The notes beneath the pieces were generated by a model. It was given only the letters and a program-made list of their open reading frames with translations, had not been told where the DNA came from and made no database searches. Below, piece by piece: positions 41,323-50,239 of a stretch of DNA of 64,000 nucleotides. Each line of letters starts with the position of its first letter. Positions within the stretch are counted from its first letter, which is position 1. The position numbers were made by a program, and so were the translations under genes. Source of the stretch: Comamonadaceae bacterium (GTDB lineage Bacteria > Pseudomonadota > Gammaproteobacteria > Burkholderiales > Burkholderiaceae_C); NCBI GenBank assembly GCA_030602185.1, contig JAUWAE010000001.1, forward strand, positions 1,184-65,183. The letters run 5' to 3'.

Positions 41323-41381
41323 AAAAATTCGAGTTGGAAGAAAAAGTCGTGAAAATCGATGTATACTTCTAGCTTCAGCAA

Positions 41382-41458
41382 GCGGCTGTAGCTCAGTTGG
41401 ATAGAGTACTTGGCTACGAACCAAGGGGTCGTGGGTTCGAATCCTGCCAGCCGCGCCA
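41382..41458 (+). tRNA. tRNA-Arg (anticodon ACG)
   Basis: GCGGCTGTAGCTCAGTTGGATAGAGTACTTGG-CTACGAA-CCAAG...CAGCCGCGCCA. Confidence 0.95.
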
Positions 41459-41465
41459 AATCTGT

Positions 41466-41499
41466 AAGCCTCGCACCGGAAACGGTCGCGAGGCTTTTC
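41466..41499 (+). terminator. Rho-independent terminator after the tRNA pair
   Basis: 11-bp stem with a one-nt bulge (gcctcgcaccg / cggtcgcgaggc), GAAA loop, then TTTT. Confidence 0.75.
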
Positions 41500-41558
41500 A
41501 GTTTCTGGGCCTTGGGGCGCTCGCCCCTGTCCGGGCTTCAATACCATTGGAAGCAACC

Positions 41559-42149
41559 ATGCCCCTTACTTCGATTGCCGTCCGCCTGAAGCGCTTGGGC
41601 TGCCTTGCCGGGTGGGTGCTGTGCGGGGTCGTCCCGCTCGCTGCCGCAGCGGAATCGCCACGCGTGGTGTCGCCAGCGCCCTTGCAGGCCATCGAACGGC
41701 TGGACGTGGCACGCTACATGGGCACCTGGTTTGAAATTGCCAAGTACCCCAACCGCTTTCAGCGCCAATGTGCCGCCGGGACCCAGGCCCGTTACCGGCT
41801 GCTGGATGCCGGCACACTCGAAGTGGTCAACCGCTGCCGCAATGCCAATGGCGAATCGGTCGAGGCGGTGGGCCGGGCCCGCCAGGTGGGGCCGTCGGAT
41901 TCGGCCCGGCTCAAGGTGCGGTTTGCCCCCGCCTGGCTGTCGTTTCTTCCCATGGTCTGGGGCGATTACTGGGTGATCGACCTGGACGCCGATTACCGGC
42001 TGGTGGCCATCAGCGAGCCTGGGCGGGAGTACCTTTGGGTGCTGTCGCGTTCGCCCGAGGTGGATGACGCAGCCTACCAGGCGCTGCTGGGCCGTCTGGC
42101 CACCCAGGGCTTCGATCTGCAGCGGCTGGAGCGCACGCCCCAGCCCTGA
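41559..42149 (+). CDS. blc: Bacterial lipocalin (Blc-like)
   Basis: ATG 41559, signal peptide. Lipocalin motif YMGTWFEIAKYPNRFQ and YWVIDLDADYRLVAISEPGREYLWVLSR. Confidence 0.85.
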   Translation: MPLTSIAVRLKRLGCLAGWVLCGVVPLAAAAESPRVVSPAPLQAIERLDVARYMGTWFEIAKYPNRFQRQCAAGTQARYRLLDAGTLEVVNRCRNANGESVEAVGRARQVGPSDSARLKVRFAPAWLSFLPMVWGDYWVIDLDADYRLVAISEPGREYLWVLSRSPEVDDAAYQALLGRLATQGFDLQRLERTPQP

Positions 42150-42202
42150 GCGGCCGTGCCTGCGCATGGTGCATGCGGCGGTTGAGCGTTAAGCTCGGGA
42201 CC

Positions 42203-43525
42203 ATGAAAGCCTATCGCGCAAGCCTGCTCTGGTTCGACGCTGCCGCCGCGCAGCCCACTCCCCGCTACGAGGCCGACGGTCTGTTGGTGGTCGGCCCCGC
42301 AGGTGAGACGCCGGGTGCGGTGCGGCGGGTGGTGGCTGTTGGCGCGTACCGCGAACTGGCGCAGCGTTACCCAGGCGTGGCCGTGGAGCACTTCCCGGGC
42401 CGGCTCATTGCACCCGGTTTCATCGATCTGCATGTGCATTACCCGCAGACGGACGTCATCGGCTCCCCGGCCGAGGGGCTGCTGCCCTGGCTGGAGCACT
42501 ACACCTTTCCCCACGAAGCGCGGTTTGCCGATCCGGCCTATGCGGACGAAGTGGCCGAGGTGTTTCTGGACGAGTTGCTGCGCCACGGCGTGACCACCGC
42601 GCTGACCTTTGCCACCTCGCACCCCGGCTCGGTGGATGTCCTGCTGGGGCGCGCCCGTACGCGCGGGCTGCGCCTGGTGGCGGGCAAGGTGCTGCAAGAC
42701 CGCCACTCGCCCGATGGCGTGCGCGACGACACCGAACAGGGCCTGATCGACACCGAAGCACTGATCGGCCGCTGGCACGGCGTGGACCGGCTGGGCTATG
42801 CGATCACCCCCCGGTTCGCGCCCAGCTGTTCCGATGCCCAGATGCGTGGCGCGGGCGAGCTGGCCGCCTGCCACCCCAGCGTGTGGATCCAGTCGCACGT
42901 GGCCGAAAACCTGGACGAGGTGCGTTGGGTGCATGAGCTGTACCCTCACGCACGCAGCTACCTGGGCGTGTATGAAGGTTTCGGCCTGCTGCGTGAGCGT
43001 GCCGTGTACGCGCATTGCATTTACCTCGACGACACCGACCGCGCGCTGATGCGCGACACCGGCGCCGCCGCCGCCGTGAGCCCCACCAGCAACCTGTTCC
43101 TGGGCAGCGGTTTTTTCGACTACGACCGGGCGCGCCAGTCGGGCATGCGCTATGGCCTGGCCAGCGATGTGGGCGGTGGCACCAGTTTCAATCCCTTCCA
43201 CACCATGCTGGCGGCGTACTACGTCGGCCGGGCCTCGGTCAACGGTGGCGGTACGCACAAGCAGGGGGTGAGCCTGGCGCCGAGCGAACTGTGGTGGCAG
43301 CACACGGCCGGGGCGGCCCATGCCATGGGGCTGGACGGCGTGGTCGGCAACCTCGCGCCCGGCTGCGAGGCGGACTGGGTGCTGCTCAACCCGCAGCGAC
43401 TGCCCTTGCTGGCGCGCCGGCTGGGCCAGGCCGAGACGCTGGAGGAATACCTGTTTGCGTGGGTGGTCCTCGCCGACGACCGGGTGGTGGAGCGGGTGTC
43501 GATCGCCGGCGCTCCGGTGGCCTGA
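42203..43525 (+). CDS. guaD: Guanine deaminase
   Basis: ATG 42203. Amidohydrolase metal site FIDLHVHYPQTD; also HVAENLDE and ASDVGGG. Confidence 0.85.
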   Translation: MKAYRASLLWFDAAAAQPTPRYEADGLLVVGPAGETPGAVRRVVAVGAYRELAQRYPGVAVEHFPGRLIAPGFIDLHVHYPQTDVIGSPAEGLLPWLEHYTFPHEARFADPAYADEVAEVFLDELLRHGVTTALTFATSHPGSVDVLLGRARTRGLRLVAGKVLQDRHSPDGVRDDTEQGLIDTEALIGRWHGVDRLGYAITPRFAPSCSDAQMRGAGELAACHPSVWIQSHVAENLDEVRWVHELYPHARSYLGVYEGFGLLRERAVYAHCIYLDDTDRALMRDTGAAAAVSPTSNLFLGSGFFDYDRARQSGMRYGLASDVGGGTSFNPFHTMLAAYYVGRASVNGGGTHKQGVSLAPSELWWQHTAGAAHAMGLDGVVGNLAPGCEADWVLLNPQRLPLLARRLGQAETLEEYLFAWVVLADDRVVERVSIAGAPVA

Positions 43526-43661
43526 CGCGCGGCGGCCCCTACCCATGGGCGACCCCTTTACACGCCCTTTACCCGGCTGCCACGGGAATGCCAACGACTT
43601 GCGCCACACTATGTCCATGGCACGCCGTTTGCCGTGACCGATTGTGTGAAGCAGGGATTTC

Positions 43662-45143
43662 ATGCCGTTGTTACTGACCGTACTGCGCCAACGACTGGGC
43701 CGGGGTGCCCTGGCGTTGGCGACCGCGGGGCTGGCTGGGTGCGCCAGCCTGCTGCCCGCCGACAGCGACCCCCTGGCCGTGCCGGTGGAGGTGCCGTCGG
43801 CCTGGTCCGCCTTGCCGTCTGGGGTGCAGGCCAGGGACTCGGCCGAACTGTCCGCCTGGTGGGACCGATTCGAAGACCCCTTGCTCAGCGCCTGGGTGGG
43901 CCGCGCGCTGGCGCACCACACCAGTGTGCGCCAGGCTGTGGCGGCGCTGCAGCAAAGCCGCGCGCAGCGCGACGTGGCCATAGCGAACCAGTTGCCGTCG
44001 GTGCGGGCGTCGGGATCGGCCCAGCGCAGCCAGGTGGGCGATGGCACGCCGGGTAACACCTTCCGTGCCGGTTTCGACGCCACTTGGGAGCCCGACGTGT
44101 TTGGCGTGCGCCGCCAGGCCAGCGCGGCGGCCGACGCCGACGTGCAGGCCGCTGCGGCGGCGGTGGCTCAGGCGCGGGTCAGCCTGGCGGCGGAGGTGGC
44201 GGCCAACGCCATCGAACTGCGCGGGTTGGAGCAGCGGCTGCGGCTGTCCCGCGACAACCTGGCTAAGCAGGAGGAGTCGCTGCAGCTGACCGAATGGCGG
44301 GTGCAGGCCGGTCTGGCCTCGTCGCTCGACCTGGAACAGGCCCGTGCGGCGGTCGAGCAGACCCGCGCCGCCTTGCCGGCGCTCGAGACCTCGTTGCAGC
44401 AGGCGCTGAATGCCCTGGCAGTACTCACCGGCCAGCCGCCCGGTGCCTTGGTGCAGGAGTGGCGCAGGGGCGCGCGCGCGGATGTGCCTCGCCCACCGAC
44501 CGATCTGACGTTGACCTTCCCGGCCGAGACCCTGCGCCAGCGCCCCGACGTGCAGGCCGCCGAACAGCGTGTGCTGGCGGCCTGGGCGCGCACCCGGCAG
44601 GCCGATGCCAGCCGCTACCCCAACCTGTCGCTGGGCGGCTCTCTGGGGCTCAACGCGCCGCGCCTGGGGGATCTGCTGGACCTGTCCTCGCTCACGCGCA
44701 GCGTGGTGGCAAGCGTCACGGCCTCGTTGTTCGATGGCGGTGCGGCGCGGGCCCAGGTGCGTGCACAGGCCGCTGCGCTGGAGCAGGCCCGTTTGGCCCA
44801 CGAGGCCGCCGTGCTGAACGCCTTGCAGGACGTGGAGAACGCCCTGGTGGCGCTGCAGGGCAACCGCGAGCGGGTGGCCCGCCTGGAAGCGGCCGCCGAA
44901 GCCGCCGGCAATGCCGAGTTGTTGGCCCGCCAGCGCTATGCCAGCGGCCTGGTGGATTACCGCACCTTGCTCGACACCCAGCGCACCCTGCTGTCAACCC
45001 AGACCGAGCTGGCCGCCGCCCGCACCAGCTGGAGCAACGACCACGTGCGCCTCTACAAGGCCCTGGGGGGTGGCTGGGCCGCCGAGCCGGCCGAGCCTCC
45101 GCCCCAGAGCCCGATGACCGAACCTTCTGCTGCCCAGTCATGA
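43662..45143 (+). CDS. Efflux-pump outer-membrane factor lipoprotein (NodT/OprM family)
   Basis: Lipobox LAGC and two OEP repeats (WWDRFEDPLL...). Confidence 0.85.
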   Translation: MPLLLTVLRQRLGRGALALATAGLAGCASLLPADSDPLAVPVEVPSAWSALPSGVQARDSAELSAWWDRFEDPLLSAWVGRALAHHTSVRQAVAALQQSRAQRDVAIANQLPSVRASGSAQRSQVGDGTPGNTFRAGFDATWEPDVFGVRRQASAAADADVQAAAAAVAQARVSLAAEVAANAIELRGLEQRLRLSRDNLAKQEESLQLTEWRVQAGLASSLDLEQARAAVEQTRAALPALETSLQQALNALAVLTGQPPGALVQEWRRGARADVPRPPTDLTLTFPAETLRQRPDVQAAEQRVLAAWARTRQADASRYPNLSLGGSLGLNAPRLGDLLDLSSLTRSVVASVTASLFDGGAARAQVRAQAAALEQARLAHEAAVLNALQDVENALVALQGNRERVARLEAAAEAAGNAELLARQRYASGLVDYRTLLDTQRTLLSTQTELAAARTSWSNDHVRLYKALGGGWAAEPAEPPPQSPMTEPSAAQS

Positions 45144-46435
45144 AACCCACGCCTGCCTCTTCTGCCGACCTGCAAACCCTGCTGGGCGACGACCGGCCAC
45201 CCCGGTGGTGGCGTAGGCCCACCTTATGGATCGCCGCCGCCTTGGTGGTGCTTGCTGCGGTGGGGGTGCAGCAGTACGTCTCGCGCCAGGCCCAGCGCAC
45301 CGCCCCCAGCTACGTGACCGAGGCGCTGAGCGCCGGTGACATCACCCTCACCGTGTCGGCCAACGGCACCCTGCAGCCGACGCGCCTGGTCAATGTGGGC
45401 AGTGAACTGTCGGGTACCGTGCGCGAGGTGCTGGTGGACGTGAACGACCGTGTCACAAAAGGTCAGGTGCTGGTGGTGCTCGACACCGCCAAACTGACCG
45501 ATCAGGTCAACAGTTCCCGTGCCGCCGTGGCGGTGGCCCAGGCCCAGGTGGCCCAGGCGGCAGCCACCCTGCACGAGGCCCGTGCGCAACTGGCCCGACA
45601 GGAGGAGGTGTTCAAGCTGTCGGGTGGCAAGGTGCCCTCGGCGGCCGAACTCGACGCCGCCCGAGCCGCGGTGGAGCGTGCCGTGGCCGCCGAAACCAGC
45701 GCACGTGCAGCGGTGTTGCAGGCCCAGGCGGCGCTGGCCACCAACGAGACCAACCTGTCCAAGGCCTCCATCCGCTCCCCGATCGACGGGGTGGTGCTGA
45801 CCCGATCGGTCGACCCGGGCAACGCGGTGGCGGCGTCGCTCCAGGCAGTGACCCTGTTCAGCATCGCGCAAAGCCTCGGCCAGTTGCAGCTGGAGGTGTA
45901 CGTGGACGAGGCCGACGTAGGGGCCGTGAAGGTGGGACAGCGCGCCAGCTTCACCGTCAGTTCCTACCCCACGCGCCGCTACCCGGCGACGATCTCTCGC
46001 GTCAATTACGGCTCCACCAAAACCGACAACGTGGTGACCTACGTGACCACGCTCGATGTGGACAACAGCGACCTCAGCCTGCGCCCTGGCATGACAGCCA
46101 ATGCCAGCATCGTGGCCACCGAACGCAAGGGCGTGCTGCGGGTGCCGAATGCGGCCCTGCGTTTCAACCCGGCCAGCTCTAACGGCAACACCCCAGGCGA
46201 CACCAGTGTGCTGGCCCGGATGATGCCGCGCCCGCCAGCCAGTGCGCCCAAAACGGCACGAGCCGACGCGCGGCCCGGCGCGCGCCAGATATGGGTGCTG
46301 CGCGACGGCCAGCCGGTGGCGCTGCCCGTGACCAGCGGCATCAGCGACGGGCGCTACACCGAAGTCAGCGGAGAGGGGCTGGAGCCCGGTCTGCAGGTGA
46401 TCACTGGCCAGCTGAGTGCGGGGGCGGCGCGATGA
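45140..46435 (+). CDS. MacA-like periplasmic adaptor (HlyD/MFP family)
   Basis: ATG 45140 (ATGA overlap with the OMF gene). It has an N-terminal TM, a lipoyl/hairpin architecture and VTKGQVLVVLD. Confidence 0.85.
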   Translation: MKPTPASSADLQTLLGDDRPPRWWRRPTLWIAAALVVLAAVGVQQYVSRQAQRTAPSYVTEALSAGDITLTVSANGTLQPTRLVNVGSELSGTVREVLVDVNDRVTKGQVLVVLDTAKLTDQVNSSRAAVAVAQAQVAQAAATLHEARAQLARQEEVFKLSGGKVPSAAELDAARAAVERAVAAETSARAAVLQAQAALATNETNLSKASIRSPIDGVVLTRSVDPGNAVAASLQAVTLFSIAQSLGQLQLEVYVDEADVGAVKVGQRASFTVSSYPTRRYPATISRVNYGSTKTDNVVTYVTTLDVDNSDLSLRPGMTANASIVATERKGVLRVPNAALRFNPASSNGNTPGDTSVLARMMPRPPASAPKTARADARPGARQIWVLRDGQPVALPVTSGISDGRYTEVSGEGLEPGLQVITGQLSAGAAR

Positions 46436-47145
46436 GCGAGCCGGCGCTGATTGCGCTCGAAGGCGTCACCAAAACCTACGGGCAGGGCGTGGCCGCGTTC
46501 CAGGCCCTCAAGGGCGTGGACCTGTCGATCGAGCGGGGGGATTTCGTGGCCATCATGGGGCCGAGCGGTTCGGGCAAGTCGACCGCCATGAACGTGCTGG
46601 GTTGCCTCGATACGCCCAGCAGCGGCACTTACCGCTTCCTGGGGGTACCGGTGCAATCGCTCAGCCGCGACGAGCGGGCCCGGCTGCGGCGTCGCTACTT
46701 TGGCTTTGTGTTCCAGGGTTTCCACCTGCTGGCCCGCACCACTGCACAGGAAAACGTGGAACTGCCGCTGGTGTACCGGGGCGAGCCTGCGCGCCAGCGC
46801 CACCAGGCGGCCCGGCGCGCGCTCGCGGCGGTGGGGCTGGAGAACTGGGCGCACCACACACCGGCCGAATTGTCGGGCGGGCAGCAGCAACGCGTGGCCA
46901 TTGCCCGGGCCATCGTTACCGAGCCGCAGGTGCTGCTGGCCGACGAGCCTACTGGCAACCTCGATTCGCAGCGCAGCCACGAAATCATGGAGCTGATCCA
47001 GCGCTTCAACCGCGAGCTGGGCATCACCGTGCTGATGGTGACGCACGAGCCCGACATTGCCGCCTATGCCCACCGGGTGATCCATTTCCGCGACGGTGTG
47101 GTGGACCGCGAGCACCGGCCGGCTGTGCCGGCGGAGGCGGGCTGA
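46432..47145 (+). CDS. ABC transporter ATP-binding protein (MacB/LolD-type NBD, separate polypeptide)
   Basis: Walker A GPSGSGKST, signature LSGGQQQRVAIARA, Walker B LLADEPTGNLD. ATGA overlap with the adaptor gene. Confidence 0.9.
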   Translation: MSEPALIALEGVTKTYGQGVAAFQALKGVDLSIERGDFVAIMGPSGSGKSTAMNVLGCLDTPSSGTYRFLGVPVQSLSRDERARLRRRYFGFVFQGFHLLARTTAQENVELPLVYRGEPARQRHQAARRALAAVGLENWAHHTPAELSGGQQQRVAIARAIVTEPQVLLADEPTGNLDSQRSHEIMELIQRFNRELGITVLMVTHEPDIAAYAHRVIHFRDGVVDREHRPAVPAEAG

Positions 47146-48353
47146 TGCTGTTCAACACCCTGGTGCTGGCGTTGCGCTCGATCCGGCGTAATCTGCTGCG
47201 CTCTTTTCTCACGATCCTTGGTGTGGTCATCGGGGTGGCCGCGGTGATCACCATGGTGACCCTGGGCAACGGCGCCACCATGGCCATCCAGAACCAGATT
47301 GCCGGGTTGGGCACCAACCTGCTGCAGGTGCGGCCTGGGCAACGCCTGGGGCCGGGCATGAGCGGCACCTGGGCCCCGGCCTTCAAGGTGTCCGACGCCG
47401 ACGCCCTGGCAACCCAGGTGGGTGGCGTGCTCACGGCAGCCCCCGAGTCCCGCACCGGCAGTACCGTGGTCGCGCAGGGGCGCAACTGGTCGAGCAGCAT
47501 CATTGGCAGCACCAACGAATGGTTGGTGACCGGCAACTGGACGCTGAGCGACGGCCGCCGTTTCACCGACGAAGAACTGCGGGCCGGCGCTGCGGTCTGC
47601 CTGATTGGCGAGACGGTGCGCCGCGAGCTGTTCGGCCCGGTGGAGGCCATAGGCAGCGCGGTGCGGGTACGCCAGATGTCGTGCGAGGTGGTGGGCATCC
47701 TAGGCTCGAAAGGGCAGGGGGCGTTTGGCAACGACCAGGACGATCTGGTCTTCATGCCCTTGAACACCCTGCAGCGCCGCGTCACGGGCAACACGCGGGT
47801 CAACACCTTGCTGGTCTCGATGGTGGATGGTGCCGATGCCGACACGGTCAAGGCCGGGGTGCGCGACCTGCTGCGCGAGCGCCGCAAGCTGGCCGAATCG
47901 GACGAGGACAACTTCAACGTGCTCGACACCAAGCAGCTGGGAGAAACGCTGTCGAGCACGACCCGGGTCATGACCATGCTGCTGGGGGCGGTGGCGGCCG
48001 TCAGCCTGCTGGTCGGAGGCATCGGCATCATGAACATTATGCTGGTGAGCGTGACCGAGCGCACGCGCGAGATCGGTCTGCGACTGGCCATTGGCGCGCT
48101 GGAGCGCGAGGTGCTGCTGCAGTTCCTGATCGAGGCGGTGGTGCTGGCCGCACTCGGCGGGCTGATCGGCATGGCGCTGGCCGTGGGGGCGGGGGTGGGG
48201 CTGTCCACCCTGATGAACGTGCCCTATGTGTTCAATCCCGGCATCAACCTGTTGGCATTTGTGTTTTCGGCCGGTATCGGGGTATTGTTCGGGTTCTTCC
48301 CGGCCCGGCGAGCGGCCCGGCTGGACCCGATCGAGGCGCTGCGCCACGAATGA
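47145..48353 (+). CDS. ABC transporter permease (FtsX/MacB-type with periplasmic domain)
   Basis: ATG 47145 overlaps the NBD stop (TGATG). It has TM1, a periplasmic loop of about 220 aa, and three C-terminal TM segments. Confidence 0.85.
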   Translation: MLFNTLVLALRSIRRNLLRSFLTILGVVIGVAAVITMVTLGNGATMAIQNQIAGLGTNLLQVRPGQRLGPGMSGTWAPAFKVSDADALATQVGGVLTAAPESRTGSTVVAQGRNWSSSIIGSTNEWLVTGNWTLSDGRRFTDEELRAGAAVCLIGETVRRELFGPVEAIGSAVRVRQMSCEVVGILGSKGQGAFGNDQDDLVFMPLNTLQRRVTGNTRVNTLLVSMVDGADADTVKAGVRDLLRERRKLAESDEDNFNVLDTKQLGETLSSTTRVMTMLLGAVAAVSLLVGGIGIMNIMLVSVTERTREIGLRLAIGALEREVLLQFLIEAVVLAALGGLIGMALAVGAGVGLSTLMNVPYVFNPGINLLAFVFSAGIGVLFGFFPARRAARLDPIEALRHE

Positions 48354-48370
48354 ACCTGCAGGAGGTGGCC

Positions 48371-49027
48371 ATGGAACGTACGCTGCAAACTGGGAGCGGC
48401 GCTGAGCCCCACGTGGCACGCCGGCAGGTGCTGTTGGGCGGTGCCGCTGCGGTGGTAGGGGTGGCCGCCGCGTGGTCCCGGCCGGCCCGCGCAGCCGGGT
48501 TGACTCTCACTCCGAGCCAGATGGAAGGACCCTTTTACCCCGTGCGCCTGCCAGCAGACCAGGACGGCGACCTGTTGCGCAACGGTGCGGTGGCGTACTC
48601 GCGCGGGCAGGCCCTGGTGCTGGAAGGCACGGTGGTGGACGTGGACGGCGTGCCCGTGAGCGGGGCGGCGGTGGAGATCTGGCAGTGCGACGCCGACGGG
48701 CATTACCACCACCCGGGCGACGGCGGGCGGGCCGACCCGGCCTTTCAGGGGTTTGGGCGGGTGGTGCTGGGCCGCGAGGGGGTGTACCGCTTCCGTACCT
48801 TGCGGCCGGTGCCTTACACCGGGCGCACGCCCCACATCCACCTCAAGGTGCGGCTGGGGCCGCATGAACTGTTGACGACCCAGGTGTACGTGGAAGGCGA
48901 GCCCGGCAACGAGCGCGACGGCCTCTGGCGCCGCCTGTCGGTGGCCGACCGGCGGGCGCTGACCGTGCCGCTGGTGCGCGACGGCTCGGGCTGGCGTGGC
49001 CGTTTTCCGGTCGTCGTGATGGCCTGA
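48371..49027 (+). CDS. Tat-signal intradiol ring-cleavage dioxygenase-like protein
   Basis: ATG 48371 preceded by GGAGG. Tat-like signal ARRQVLLGGAAAVVGVAAAWSRPARA. Dioxygenase core reads VEIWQCDADGHYHH...YTGRTPHIHLKV. Confidence 0.7.
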   Translation: MERTLQTGSGAEPHVARRQVLLGGAAAVVGVAAAWSRPARAAGLTLTPSQMEGPFYPVRLPADQDGDLLRNGAVAYSRGQALVLEGTVVDVDGVPVSGAAVEIWQCDADGHYHHPGDGGRADPAFQGFGRVVLGREGVYRFRTLRPVPYTGRTPHIHLKVRLGPHELLTTQVYVEGEPGNERDGLWRRLSVADRRALTVPLVRDGSGWRGRFPVVVMA

Positions 49028-49057
49028 ACCACGGCCTCACCCGCCCCCCGCCTGCTC

Positions 49058-49768
49058 CTACCAGGGGACCACTTCGCCGCGGTGGTCAACGAAGTGGGCG
49101 TGGGGCTGCGGGGGTAGCGCATCGAGCACGCGCAGCAGCCGTGCTGCGGCTTCGGCCGGGTCGTCTGCCTGGGAGCCCACGAATGGTGCGCTCAGGCGCG
49201 AGCGCACGGTACCTGGCTGCAAGGCTGCCACCACTGCCAGCGGGCGCCGCCGGGCCCATTCGATGGCGGTGCATTGCAGCAGCATGTTGAGCGCCGCCTT
49301 GGACGCCCGGTAGCCGTACCAGCCGCCCTTGCGGTTGTCGGCAATGCTGCCCACCCGGGCCGACAGTTTGCCCCACACCACCCGTTCACCCGTGGCCAGC
49401 AGCGGGCCGAAATGTTTGAGCAGCAGTGTGGGGCCGGTGGCGTTGAGGGCAAAAGCCCGCGCCAGGGCGTTGGGGGTCAGATCGTCCAGCCGTTTTTCCG
49501 GGGCATGGCCGTCGGGCATCAGGGTGCCGGTGGCGTCGAGCACGAGGTGCACCGGGCCATGCGCTGCCATGGCGGCCGCGGCGTTTTCCAGGAGCGATTC
49601 GTCGTCCAGGTCGATGCGAGGGGTGCTGTGTCGAGACAGGCCGATCACGCGCTGGCAGCGCGGGTCCCTCTGCAGGTGTGCCACGAAAGCCGAACCGATG
49701 GCGCCGCTGGCCCCGAACACGACGGCCGTGTAGCCGTCGCGCAGTTGCGTCATGCTGGGGTGGCTCAT
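49058..49768 (-). CDS. SDR family oxidoreductase
   Basis: ATG 49768 (ATGA overlap with the upstream DCC gene stop). It has VFGASGAIGSAF and catalytic YRASK. Confidence 0.8.
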   Translation of the reverse strand: MSHPSMTQLRDGYTAVVFGASGAIGSAFVAHLQRDPRCQRVIGLSRHSTPRIDLDDESLLENAAAAMAAHGPVHLVLDATGTLMPDGHAPEKRLDDLTPNALARAFALNATGPTLLLKHFGPLLATGERVVWGKLSARVGSIADNRKGGWYGYRASKAALNMLLQCTAIEWARRRPLAVVAALQPGTVRSRLSAPFVGSQADDPAEAAARLLRVLDALPPQPHAHFVDHRGEVVPW

Positions 49769-50169
49769 CGGCAGGTGCAGTCGGATGGCTGGTGCGCGCC
49801 GCCCAGGCGCCGCTGCAGCCAGGGACGCACCGGCAAGAAGGTGCGGTAGGCCGCTTCGAGCAGCACAGTCATGGGGCGGTTGCTGCACAGGCGGCCGAGC
49901 CAGTGCCAGCCGGGCATGGCCAGCCAGAGGCGAGCAAAAGCCGCCCCGCCACTCAGCAGGGTGCCGTCGGGCCTGCGGACGTGAAAGCGTGCCATCGCTT
50001 CAGCGGCGGACAGGCCCGCCCCGAGCGCGGCCTCTGGCGCGCTCACGTCCACCCAGGCCAGCGGTTCACGTGGCGCCAGTCGGCGGTAGTGCGCGATCTC
50101 GCGTCGGCACAGGGGGCAGCTGCCGTCGTAGTACACGGTCAGTGCGGGTTCGGTGTGCGGTGCGGGCAT
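49765..50169 (-). CDS. DCC-family thiol-disulfide oxidoreductase (DUF393)
   Basis: VYYDGSCPLCRREI motif, 134 aa. Confidence 0.75.
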   Translation of the reverse strand: MPAPHTEPALTVYYDGSCPLCRREIAHYRRLAPREPLAWVDVSAPEAALGAGLSAAEAMARFHVRRPDGTLLSGGAAFARLWLAMPGWHWLGRLCSNRPMTVLLEAAYRTFLPVRPWLQRRLGGAHQPSDCTCR

Positions 50170-50239
50170 GGTGTGTATGTTGCGCCATTTTCAACGACCT
50201 TGCCGCCCACAGGGAAGGCGATCCGCTATAAACCCGGCC

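Noticed and set aside
41317-41556. ORFs overlapping the tRNA pair: the 79-aa minus-strand ORF, and the 5' part of ORF 41397-42149.
   Set aside because: They are read through tRNA genes and a terminator. The lipocalin gene has a proper start with a signal peptide at 41559.
42074-44083. A 669-aa minus-strand ORF overlapping guaD and the OMF gene.
   Set aside because: It is opposite two well-supported genes (amidohydrolase metal site; lipobox plus OEP repeats). Its translation is low-complexity with no motifs.
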